Shown piece by piece: positions 50,324 through 62,736 of a DNA stretch of 64,000 nt (its first letter is position 1; each line of letters begins with the position of its first letter). The stretch covers positions 105,092,001 through 105,156,000 of the forward strand of contig NC_086108.1 of assembly GCF_963921235.1 (NCBI RefSeq), read 5' to 3'. The notes below the pieces were generated by a model that did not search any database, was not told where the DNA came from, and was given only the letters and a program-made list of their open reading frames with translations. This DNA comes from Mobula hypostoma. Lineage: Eukaryota. Made by a program: the position numbers and the translations under genes.

Positions 50324-50874
50324 CAGTTTCTACCCTGCTGTTTTAATGCACCAACAAATATTCTGCAGTCAAGGTCACTTAGGTCACATTTCTTCCCCCA
50401 TTGTGATGTTTGGTCTGAACATCAAATGCACCGTCTCTTCTTTTGTGCTAATGGTGGCTCACAACTATCAGGAAGGTGCCTTACAGCCTTGTACTTTATG
50501 ATGGCGATCAAATCCTGCGTCCCAAAACTGAACCTCTTGACCGTGTCTGTGTGCTTTTATGCACTGAGTTGCAGTCACATGATCGGCTGATTAGATATTT
50601 GCACTGATGAGCTGGTGTACAGATGTACCTAATAAAGTGGCCGCTAGAGTACATGTTACCATTTACTCCAGGATCTATAGCCTGATCCATAGAGTTCCTC
50701 AAACCTTTTGTCTGTGGCTACAGACATGAGGTTTGATAAACTGCATGTGTTGAGTACAGGAATAAATTTCACCTTTTTAGTGCAAGCTGGATATCCAAGA
50801 ACTCTTTTCTAACAACAGCATACAGATGCTACTCAGAAATGAAAAGAAGGTGATCATTATTATTGATAGAACAT

Positions 50875-51630
50875 ACACCCAGTGGCTACTTCCTTCGATA
50901 CACTTGAACACCTGCTTGCTAATGCAAATATCAAATCAGCCAGTCATGTGGGAGCAACTCCATGCATAAAAGCTTGCAGACAAGGTCAAGAGGTTCAGTT
51001 GATGCTCAGACCAAACATCAGAATGGAGACGAAATGTAATCTAAGTGACTTTGACCATGGAATAATGGTTGGTCCAGTGAATTTTATCAGTAACTTTATC
51101 CATAAAAATGGCTTGGAAAAGCACGTTCCCAGTGTTAGGAAAAAACAGTAGGCAGGACAGTTCACTTTCATATAATTGATATAAAAGGTATAATTTTAAA
51201 ATATTGGAAGAAAGAATAAGGGAGGTGTCAGAGGAAGGTTTTTTTAAACAGATAGTGGTGCACCAGTGTGGTTTAAGTATCTCAGAAACTGCTGACCTTC
51301 TGGGATTTTCATGCAAAAGTTTCTAGAGATTACAGAGAATCGTGTGAAAAACAAAAGAAAACATCCAGTGAGCAGCATTTCTAAGGGTGAAAATGCCTTG
51401 TTAGTGAGAGTTGTCAGAGGAGAAAGGTCAGACTGGTTCAAGCTGACAGGAAGGTGGCAGTAACTCATATAACCATGCATTACAACAGTGATGCGCAGAA
51501 GATCAGTTCTGAAAGCACAACTTGTGAAACTTTGAAGTGGATGGGCTACAGCAGCAGAGGTCTACAAAGATACACTCGGTGGCCATTTTATTAGTACAGA
51601 AGGTACCTAATAAAGTGGCCATTAGGTACA
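50875..51630 (+). mobile_element. Tc1 deletion derivative with ~190-bp insertion (~51072-51255); partial minus-strand copy at ~50365-50650
   Basis: TIR remnants; LSDFDHGIMVG peptide resumes after the insert. Confidence 0.75.
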
Positions 51631-53989
51631 TATGCCTATGTAAATGCTCCAAATGTATGTGCCTCTACTTACAGTACTTAATTCCAAATTTATTTAAGTT
51701 TGGTGGTGAATTTGAGAACCCCAGCTGCCATCATGAATTTTAAACTCATTATTTCCAGATCAGTCAAAGAGGTCTTTGAACACGATTCTGGTAACTTAGC
51801 TTCCAAATTCCTCTGAAGATGAAAAGAAAAGCTGCAGATGCTGGAAATCTAAAATTAAAAGGAAAGATGCTGGAAACCGTCTGCAAGGTCAAGCAGAGTC
51901 TGGCACATCTGTAGCTGGGCCTGCAGAGTGTTTCCAGCATCTTGTGTTTTCACGACTAAAGTCCTGTCTCTTAGCAGCCACACCTTGGTCTGCTAACCAG
52001 AAACTATCAATGAATCCGCAGCAAGAAATGCTTCACACTTCAGTGGGAAAGAACAACAGTGAAGATGGCTGTGACACAGCTCGAAACGTAATGAGGCACA
52101 AGCCTGAGACTCTGGGACATCAGGCTGCGCAGACTGCAGTAGCAGTTTTCCATAAATTGATCAAACTTGGAATGAGCTTTGTGAAGACAACTGCACTTCA
52201 AAGTGCAAATCTTGCTGCTTGCTGTTCTCTATCCCTGTGCAGTCTTTATGGATAAGGTAATCACTGGCTGATTTTGGAGGTTCTGAACGGATTGAACATA
52301 GAACATCAAAGTTCAAGGTTTATTTTATTTTGAGATATAGCACACTAACAGGAGCTTCCAGTCCAACGAGCCCATGCCGCCTAATTACACCCACGTGACC
52401 AATTAAACTACACAGCCGTACATCTTCGGAACGTGGGAGAGAACTGGAGCACCCAGAGGAAACGCTCATGGTCACAGGAGAGAACATACAAACACCCTAC
52501 AGACAGCAGCAGGAAATGAATCCGGGTTGCTGGTGCCGTAAGGCGATATGCTAATCCCACGCTACCATGCCACTAAGTTCAAAGTAAATTTATCCTCAGA
52601 AAATGAATATGTCACTATATGCTACCTTGAGATTCATTTTCTTGCAGACGTTTATTGGAAAATGAAGAAATATAATGAAAAAATCTATACATTAACAAAG
52701 ACTGACAAATAACCAATGCGCAAAAGAAGTTAAAATGTGCAAGTGAAAAAAAAGAGAACATAAGCTGCAGAGCCCTTTAGGCTGTGGAATCAGTTTGGTG
52801 ACTGAAGTTATCCATGTTGGTTCACCACTCTGTCTGTAAAAAAACCTCCCTCTGAACTCACCCTTATACCTTCCTCCAGTCACCCGCATCTATCCATTTT
52901 ACAGACATCACACACACCCCATCTTTCTGCAGCCTTAGGGATAGAGTTCATCCTGTCCTCACATATCATCTCATGAGCCTCCACATCCAACAAGTCATTC
53001 TCCACAGCTCCCGCCATTCTCACCGGGGATCCTACCACCTATCACATCTTTAACCCCTTCCCCCGCCCACCCCACGACCAAGGCATTTAAAGTTGCTGAC
53101 CCTCCCTGACTCTGATCGCTCGATGAGTACGAGCTCATGGACCTCCAGTTTCCTCCTCCTGAGGTCAATAATCAGCTCCTTGTTCTTGCTGACATTGAGT
53201 GAGAGGTTGTTGTTGTGGCATCATCACTCAGCCATCTCCCTCCTAGCTGCTGATTCGTCAGGGGTTGAACCTGGGGTCCATGGACTCTTTGTCCATTGCA
53301 TATAAAAGGTTGGTTTCAAAGGTTTCCAAGGCACATTTGATGTCAGAGAAATAAATACAATATACATCCTGAAATACTTTTTCTTCACAACCATCCGTGA
53401 AAACAGGAGTGCCCCCAAAGGATGAATGACAGTTAAATGTTAGAACCCCACAGCACCCCCCAGCTCCCCCCTCCCACGTGAAAGCAGCAGCAAAGCAAAA
53501 TCTCCCCTCCCCCAATAGCAAAAAAAAAGAGCTTCGGCCCCCACCACCAAGAACTCACACGTGCAGCAATGCATGAGCAAAAACAAAGACTTGCAGTACC
53601 CCAAAGACTACTTGTTCACCCGGTAATTCGACATATCACAGGCTCTGAAGGGGATGCCTCCATTTCACAGCGAGAGGGGAGACATAACAAACAACTCGCT
53701 GATTTATGATGTTAAAAGTCTGTTGCGTCGCTTTTTCCGAGCTCTGCGCCCAAAGAACTTGGGTCTCTGGGCACACAGCCAGCTTGCTGCTTTCCATCTT
53801 CTGTTTCCCACAACACCCCGAATTCCTGCAGAGACATTGCCCATCTCCAGAGCCATGAGGGCCCAGAACTCCGAAGGCGAGCTAACCTCTTAGACCGCAT
53901 CCTTGACATGTCGAATAACGGCCAGTTTTGATGCTCCAAGAGCGGGTCCCATTCCCGCAAAGAACCAAAGTCAGTGTGTTGGGAATCCC

Positions 53990-54720
53990 TGGTCACCACC
54001 TTTGATTTGGCCTATGACAGTGGTGTCATCAGCAAACTTAGATATGGCATTGGAGCTGTGCTTAGCCACACAGTCATAAGTGTAAACTGAGTAGAGGAAG
54101 GGGCTAAGTACGAAGCCTTGTGGTAAATCTGTGCTGCTGGAGATTGTGGAGAAGATGTTGTAGCTATTCCAAACTGACTGGGTTCTGCAGGTGAGGAAAT
54201 TGAGGATCCAGTTGCACAAGGAAATATTGAGGCCAAGGTCTTGAAGCTTATAGACTAGTTTTGGTGGAAGATAGTATTGAATGCCAAGCTGTAGTCAATA
54301 AAGAGCATCCCAATATATTCCTGATATCTGTGATGGTCGGCAAATTGTAGTAGATCTAAGTTGCTTCTAAAGCAGGAGTTGATATCTTTAATCAACAACT
54401 TCTCAAAGCACTTCATCGCAGTGACACGCACAACACGCTGGAGGAACTCCAGTAGGTCGGGCAGCATCTGTGGAAATGAACAGTCAACTTTTCGGGCCGA
54501 AACCCTTCGTCAGGACTGTATATTTACTTCATCACAGTGGATGAAAGTGCTACTGGACGATAGTTATTGAGACAGGTTACACATTCTTCTTAAGCACCGG
54601 TATAATTGAAGCCTGCTTGAAGCAGGTGGTTACCTCAGACCGTCAAAACCAGAGGTTAAAGATTTTGGTGAACACTGCAGCCAGTTAATCAGCACAAGTC
54701 TTTAGTATTCTGCCAGGTAC
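53990..54720 (-). mobile_element. Rex1-like RT fragment interrupted by a Penelope piece (54424-54525)
   Basis: PQGFVLSPFLYS, KFADDTTV, LFIDYSLAFNTI; 14-bp repeat acttcatc(g/a)cagtg at 54410 and 54526. Confidence 0.8.
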
Positions 54721-55629
54721 CCCATTACAAAAATTAGAAAATACGAAAAGCTTTATACAAAGACTGAGAAACAACCAATGTGCAAAACAAGATAAATTGT
54801 ATCCCCCCCCACCACCCTGGCTAAAGAAATTCCTCCTCATCTCTGTTCCAGAGTAACATCCTTGTACTCTCAGGCTGTGTCCTCTGATCTCAGGCTTCCC
54901 CACTGAAGGAAGTTCAACTTCAAGTTTATTGTGATTTGACTGCATGTACACAACCAAATGAAGCACCATTCCTCCAGACCACATTGCACTGACACAACAT
55001 ATATCTCACACAGCACATAAACTGAAATATTATACTATAAATAAGTTAATAGAGTGTAATTCAAAATGCACGTAGTAAAGTGCAGCACAGGTAAACAGTA
55101 AGCAGCTTGCTGTCCCAGTGGTGAGACTTCAGTGATGGCAGGGCATTCATTAGAGGGCAACATCCTCTCCATCCCACCCTATCTAGGCTTTTTAATATTC
55201 AACAGTTTTCAGTGAGATCTACACTCCCACCCCACACATATTCTTCAAAACTCCAGCCAGTACAGGCCCGGAGCCATCAGAGCTCCTTCGTCTGGTTTCC
55301 TGGTTTTTGCGTCCTGCTGTTCTCATCACTGAACACGTGCATAATTGGTCCAAAGGAACTCCTTCTCAAGTTTCAAGGTTCAAGTTTGTTTATCAGATGT
55401 TCATCAAAACATACAGTGAAATGTGTCATTTGTGTTAACCACCAACAAACCAACAGATAATGCTGGGGGCTGGCCGCAAGAGTCATCGCAAATTCTGGCG
55501 CTGACGTAGCGTGCCCACAATGCTCGAAAGAACATAACATAACACAACAAACAACAGAAGTAAAATGGCAGTCCTGATGAAGGGTCTTGGCCTGAAATGT
55601 TGACTGTTTATTCCTGTGCATAAATGCTA

Positions 55630-56040
55630 TGTAATGAGCTCCCTGGGCCAGTGCGGGCCACTGGAGAGTGTTGGGCTCTGAGGTTTTTTAGAGCACCTGA
55701 ATTGGTTAATTGTTGTTTAATGACAGTCGCTAATTGTTTTGACTTCTTTGTGTTCTTCTCAAACGACTTGCTCTTTGTAATGCAGTCTCCAGGTGCCTCC
55801 TGCTTAAACTTGTTAAGTTTATTTTGATTGGCTCAGGGATTCCGCATTACGTCTATTATTTAAGCGGATGCCTGATTAGCACTAATTGTGGGGTCCTAGT
55901 TTTACCCCTTGAGGTATTGCTTGGCCGAGCCACTCATGTTCATTTGCGATTATAGTGAATAAACTCTCATCGCGGTCTCACATCGGACTCTGTCATCCCT
56001 CCGCACTTGGGTTCCAGTACTGCTAGCCCGCATCGTGAAA
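55630..56040. mobile_element. Solo LTR inserted into a Penelope pseudo-LTR (55569-56108)
   Basis: tgtaat start, gtgaaa end, flanks tgcta/tgctg, AATAAA near 55958. Confidence 0.65.
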
Positions 56041-58142
56041 TGCTGCTAAGTTCCTCCAGTGTTTTATGTGTGTTACTCTGGATTTCCAGCATCAGCAGGA
56101 TCTCTTGGGCTTATTATTATTAAGTACTATTAACTCAATTCCAGATTCAAGTTCATTTATCACGTGTGCATTGAAACTTCTGCGGAATCCCGAGTGTTTA
56201 TGAATAAGCCCCATCCCTCCCTCGCACCCACACACATGCACAGTCCTCCACTCCCAGTACAGGCGGTCTTCTTCAGTCTCGGACCTCCAGTGGCCATGGG
56301 CTCACAGATATTGGCCTTTGACTTTCCTCGTGGACTTGCAGAGATTCTCAGACTCCGGGCTCCGGCCCGTGGGCCTCAACTACTGGGACTTCCTACTTGG
56401 CTCAGAGCCCAGGGACTGTCAAAAGGCATCGCTCAAATTCTCTGACTTCAACCAGCCGCTCTGAATACTGAGAGACCAGATAATAAGAATGTACCTTTAA
56501 AATATTACGAATCAACCTTCGAAAGAGTGCCAACTATTCACCCCTCATCTGCTTTACCACACAGAAAAAAAATCTGCATTATGTACATCTTAATCACTAT
56601 TTACCATTGCGGAATTAATCTTCCAATATTGCACAAAGCCGGACTTGACTTTCAATCCTTGCATTGATATTCATGTCCTATTAATAGGCTGCTTCAGAAC
56701 CCTGGCATGAAAAGGTAATTTTATTCCACAGCCCTTTTCAGGTTTGTGCTGTGCCAGATGAATATTTAAATTGATAAACCAACTTTTCATTAAATTCTAA
56801 CGATGGTGACAGAGCTAAAGGTGCAGCAGAGGGAAACTTAAATGGAGATTTAAATAGAATTCTGCTTCTTGTCGCGAGTCTTCCATCATTCTGCTGTTGA
56901 AAACCTGGGAATAGTTTAATGTGAAGACAAAGTTGTTGTCTCCCAATGAAGAGTTGCCACTGGGCTGAGCTGAGACGTGGGCTCTTATTTATTGAGGCAT
57001 CGTACACGGTGTTCCCAAATCCAAGCCTCTTCAAGACTGTCTTATCCATCGCACAGAGAGGGAGAGAGAAAAAGACATTAAAGACATGAAGATAGCAGTG
57101 TTTAATGCATTGCCATTAAATGGAATAATTCACTTGTCTCCTCTGAATTCAGAGAACAAATAAAACTCTGCATGACTACTGATAACGTGAGGATGGCCCG
57201 GCTCATTGAAGAGCTTTGCTGTGGTCCAATGGGAAATGAAGGCATTCCTGTAAAGTGCAGCTGAATATCTTGTTATTCCCTGGCAATAAAAGCAATTAAG
57301 CAAAGAATTAGCACATAGAGTATATCTCCATCTCTTTAAGAGGGTTTGAGGATCGATTTGCACAGCCATATTACCCTACTTTAACACTGTAAAAATACAG
57401 GATCAAATTAAATCTTCTTAAAAATATATTCATATATTCCTTCCAAAGATTAAACATCTATCCCCATTCTGCCTAGGCTCTTCTGAAATACCTAAATATT
57501 CCCAGTTGACGCTGAATATCCCAACAAAATTATCTCCGTCCTCTTTTGTCTGCAAGAATGTTAGATCCTTGAGATTGAAATGGGATTCAGTGGGATACAT
57601 TAGCATTCATTATAGAAGTTCCAGGTATAATGTGGCAGTCCTCCGCTCTGTAGATCTGAGACTGACAGAAGACTTGTGCCAGGCAATAAAATAACGGTCT
57701 TCATCTGCCGGCCGGTTCCCTACACCTTCTGAGGCAAAAAAAAACACACAGGCTCAGCATTTCTGAGGAGAATCAGAATCAGGTTTTTTCTCATTGGCAC
57801 AAGCTGTGAAATTTGTTATTTTGTGGTAGCAATACATTGCAATACGTAATAATACAAGTTATAAATTGCAATAAGAAATATACTGTATATAGATATATTA
57901 AAAAATAAATTAAATTAGTAGTGGGAAAAAGAAAAAAAATACTGAGGAAATGTTTGTGGGTTCATTGTTCATTCAGAAATCTGATGACAGAGGGGAAGAA
58001 GTTGTTCCTGAAATATTAAATGTGTCTCTTCTGGCCTCTGTACCTCCTCCCTGATGGTTGCAATGAGAAGAGGGTATATCTTGGATGATGGGGGTCCTTC
58101 TTGACAGCTGCCGCCTTTTTGAGGCATTGCTTCTCTACTAAG

Positions 58143-58292
58143 TACTCGGTGGTCATTTTATTAGTTACCTCCTGCACCTAATAAAGTAGCCTCTGAGAGT
58201 ATGTCTGCGGTCTTCTGCTGCTGTAGCCATTCCACTTCAAGGCTTGATGTGTTGTGCAGTCAGGGAAGTTCTTCTTCACACCACTGTTTGAA
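58143..58292 (-). mobile_element. 3' end of the Tc1 derivative (TIR hairpin)
   Basis: ctcggtggtcattttattagttacctcctgcacctaataaagtagcctctgag followed by family sequence. Confidence 0.7.
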
Positions 58293-58619
58293 GCCTATCA
58301 ACACAGTTCTTTTTTGTTCAAATGTGTTGTTTCTTGTGAATGTTGTCTATCAGATGCTGTGTGCCTGTGAAGCTGCTTGGTAAGTTCTTGATGAGTCAGG
58401 ACACCGAAGACTACATGAATAAGACAGGAGAATGGTGTTGGGAGGGATAATAAATCAGTCATGATGGAATGACGAAACAGACCCAATGAGCAGAATGGTC
58501 TACTTCTATTCCTATGTCTCATGGTCTTATAGCCTAAGTAAGCATTTGATTTTACCTGTGCAAATATGCACATGTGTATGTTGCAATAAACTCAACTTTG
58601 ATCCTGTCTTCAACCAGCC

Positions 58620-60330
58620 ACAAGAACATAAGAAATTGGAACAAGAGTTGGCCATCTGGCCTGTCGAAACTGTTCTGCCATTCAAAACAACCAGGGCTGA
58701 TCTGGTTGTTATCTTAGCTCCACCTACCTCCCTTTTCCCCATAACTCTTACTTCTTCCGCTTATGCCAAATTCTATCTAACTGTGTTTTACTGAGGTAAT
58801 ATCTACTGCTTCCTGGGGAGAGAATTCCAGAGATTCTTAACTCTCTGGGAAAAGCAATTTCTCACCATCTGCCTAATAATCTATTGCTTGGATCTTGAGG
58901 CTATGTCCTCTTGGTCTATTCTCACCTACCAGTGGAAGCAACTTTCCTGCCTCTATCTTATCTATCTGTCATAATTTTATATGTTTCTATAAGATCCCTT
59001 GTCATTCTTCTGCATTCCAGTGAGTATAGTCCCAGCTGACTCTATCTCTTCTCATAGGCTAATCGCCTCATCTCCAGAATCAATCTGGTGAACTTCCTCT
59101 GCTCCTCCTCCAACGCCAGTATCTCTTTCCTCAAGTAAGGAGACCATAACTACAAGCAGTACTCCAGGCATAACTTCACCGGTACCCTAGAGGTTTCCAG
59201 AATACTCTCACTACTCTTAAATTCTATCCCTCTAGCAATGAAGGTCAACGTTCCATTTACCTGCTCAATAATAGGTTGCATCTGCAAACCAAACTTTTGC
59301 AATTCATGCACAGGCACACCCATGTCAACCATTATTTTGTACTTTTTCCGGGTGCTTCAGTTTCCTCCTGATTCCAAAAATGTACTGTTAGAGTTAGTAA
59401 CTTGTGAGCAGGTTATGCTGGCACTGGAAGCATGACATCACTTGTGGCTGACCTGCACAATCCTCGCTGATTTGATTTGATGCAAACAACACATTTCACT
59501 GTAAGTTTTGACAAATAAAGCTAATCTTTAATCTTTTAACCTTACATACTTATAAAATGTTTATATATTATGCTAGTTTACTATGACTGACTATCTTCCA
59601 TTTCCTTAATGTTTGTTTAGATTTTTTTGATGCTTTTTAAAGATTTCTCAATCTTCTGCTTTTTGGTGACTTTGTATGCATAAACTTTTAGTTTGATGCC
59701 TTTAATTCCCTTACTTATCCAATCCCAACTTTCCCCACCCTTGATGCCCTTGCTTTTAACTGGAATATACTTCTGCTGAGTACCTAATGACTTTGAAAGT
59801 CTTCCACAGGTCCTCAGTTGTTACACGGTATCGCCTATGTTTCCAGTCTATGTTAGCTAGCTCCCCACTCACTCCATTGTCGTTTCCTTTGTTTAGGTAC
59901 AATACACTGGTTTTATGTCGAACAATTGCACCCTCCATATGTATGAGATATGGAACCTTACTGTGATCACTCTTTCCAAATGGATCCCTACAAGGTTGCT
60001 AATTTTACCTGTCTCATTGTACAGGGCCAGATCTAAAATAGCATTTCCCCTAGTAGGTTGACTAACATGCTGTCTAAGAAAGCTATCACAGATGCATTCT
60101 CTGAAGTCCTCCTCAAATCTGCCTTGATCAATTCTTGATTCACCCAATCAATGTGCAAGTAAAGTCCTCTATGACAAGTCCCATTCCATTTTTACATGCA
60201 TCAGATATGTCTTGGTTTATCACCTGTCCTACGGTAATGTTACTATTCAGAGATCTATAGACGACTCCCACCAGTGACTTTTTCCCCTTCCTCTTCCTAA
60301 TGTCCACCTAGATAGATCTAACATCTGCTC
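58620..60330 (-). mobile_element. Old CR1 fragments (3' end, RT, endonuclease) with a SINE insertion
   Basis: FIARGIEFKS and QHVSQPTRGNAILDL remnants. Confidence 0.7.
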
Positions 60331-60794
60331 CTTACATCTGGTATGGAAACACCAATGCCCTTGAATGGAAAAGCCTACAAGACATAATGGATAGAGCCCT
60401 CTCAACTACAGTCCCATTGATGCCAATTGCCTGTCTCCATTCTTCCTGTAATTCTTGATCAACTCCTTCGTTTTTTCGACATTGACGGAGAGGTTATTTT
60501 CTTGGCACCACTGTGTCACTCCTCCTCTGTAGGCTGTCTCATTATTGTTGGAAATAAGGCCTATCAGTGTTGTGTCATCTGAAAATTGATCAGCAGCGTC
60601 GCAACACAGTCGTGGGTGTATAGGGAATCATGGCTGACAAGGGAAGTCAAAACAACATAAAAGCAATAGGGAGGTCATGTAATAGAACACAAAATAGTGG
60701 GAAATTAGAGGATTGGGAAACTTTTAAAAGCCAGAAGAAAACAACTAAAAAAAACTATAAGGAAAGAAAAGATGAAAGATGAAGGTAAACTAAG

Positions 60795-61570
60795 TCAAAT
60801 CAAGTCAAGTCAAGTTGCTTTTTATTGTTATTTCGACCATAAATGCTGGTACAGTACACAGTAAAAATGAAACAGCGTTTTTCAGGACCATGGTGCTACA
60901 GGAAACAATACAAAAACTACACTGAACTATGTAAAACAATACAAAAACTACACTAGACTACAGACCTACCCAGGACTGCATAATGTACACAGAACAGCGC
61001 AGGCATTACAATAAATAATAAACAAGACAATAGACAGCGGAGGGCAGTAGATTGGTAGTCCGATGGCTTGGGGGAAAAACTGTTCCATAAGTAAACAGCT
61101 GAATGGCGGTGTCCAGGATTCCGTCCGTTTCTGTACTCCCGCCGAGTATTTCACTGGAGTCGGATGTAGTCCAATTTAGTGTCCATTGGAGAGCAGAATG
61201 GACGGGAGAGAAAGCCAGTTAGGGCTTGCTTTTTTCCTGGCACGGACTCCTGCCCACTCGCCTCGTTTCCGCTTCCTCGCACACCGCTTACGACGTCCCC
61301 ACCTCCGGCCACTGGCATCAGCCGACTCTGAGGACTGCGGGCCCGATTCCCTCAGCAAGCTGAGGTCACTCAATTTAACCAGCAGATCTTCATGAAGGTT
61401 TGTTTTTGGGCAATCTCTGGATTGTAGCAGTATCTGGTGGTGATAGATAGTGGCTCTGTTGTCCATTGCCCTAAGCCCTAATTGTGCCTTAAAATTAAAT
61501 TAAAAAACAAAATTAAAGTAGCACCGGACCCGAAAGGTCGCTGCTGCCGTGCCGCGCCGCCTGCTGGAAC
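60795..61570 (-). mobile_element. Internally deleted Rex1-like element (5' end fused to 3' end) with (cttga)n tail, inserted in CR1
   Basis: Basic leader GRRKRCARKRKRG...LPSILLSN joined to a FFPQAI 3' remnant; CR1 continues on both sides. Confidence 0.65.
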
Positions 61571-62736
61571 GCCTAGCCAATAATATCAAAGAGGGTACCA
61601 GAAGTCTTTTTTCAAGTATATAAAGAGTAAGAGAGAGGCAAGAGTAGATAATAAACCACTGGAAAATAATGTTGGAGAGGTAGTAATGGAAGATGAGGAA
61701 ATGGAAGACGAATAGGTGTTCTGCATCAGTCTTCACTGTGGAAGATGTTAGCAGTATACTGGAAGTTCAAGAGTATCAGAGGGCAGAAGTGAGTGCAATT
61801 GCTATTACCAGGGAGAAGATTATTGGGAAGCTGAAAAGTTTAAAAATGTATTGGACCAGATGGACAACATCCCAGGGTTCTGAATGAGGGGACTGGAGAG
61901 ATTGTAGAGGCACGGGTAATGATCTTTCAAGAATCACTAGATACTGGCATGGTTACAGAGGATTGGAAAATTGCAAATGTCACTCCACTCTATAAGGAGG
62001 GTGGAGGCAGAAGAAAGAAAATTATAAGCCAGTTGGCTTGATCCTAATGGTTGGGAAGATGCTAGAGTTGAATGATAAGGATGAGGTCTCAGAGTATTTG
62101 GAGGTACATGATAAAATAGGGCAAAGTCAGCATGGTTTTCTCAAGGGAAAACCTTGCCTGACAAACCTGTTGGAATTCTTTAGCAAATAATGAGCAGAAT
62201 AGACAAAGAGGAATCGATGGATGTTATGTGCTTGCATTTTCAGATGGCCTTTGACTAGGTGCTGCACATGAGGCTGCTTAACAAAATACAAGCCCATGGT
62301 ATTACAGGAAAGATCCTAGATAGAGGATTAGCTGATTGGCAGGAGGCAAAGATTAGGAATAAAGGTAGCCTTTCTGGTTGGCTGCCAATAAAGAGTGATG
62401 TTCCACAAGGGTCGGTATTGGGACCACTTCTTTTCACGCTATATGTCAATGATTTGTATGATGGAATTGATGGCTTTGTGGCCAAGTTTTCAGACGATAC
62501 AAAGATGGGTGGAAGACCAGGTGGTGTTGAGAAAGCAGGGAGGCTGCAGAAGGACTTGGTTTGATTAGGAGAATGGGCAAAGAAATGGCAGATGGAACAT
62601 AGTGTCAGGAAGTGTGTGGCCATGCACTTTGTTAGAAGGAACAAAAGTGTAGTGTATTTTCTAAACGGGGAGAAAAATCAAAAATCTGAGATACAAAGGG
62701 CTTAGGAGTTCTCCTGATGGATTCCCTAAAGATTAA
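61571..62736 (+). mobile_element. CR1 RT fragment
   Basis: DVPQGSVLGPLLF, KFSDDTK; similar to 14820-15600. Confidence 0.88.

Noticed and set aside
56738..57049. 103-aa ORF as a host exon
   Set aside because: No recognisable domain and no convincing splice pair; composition looks non-coding
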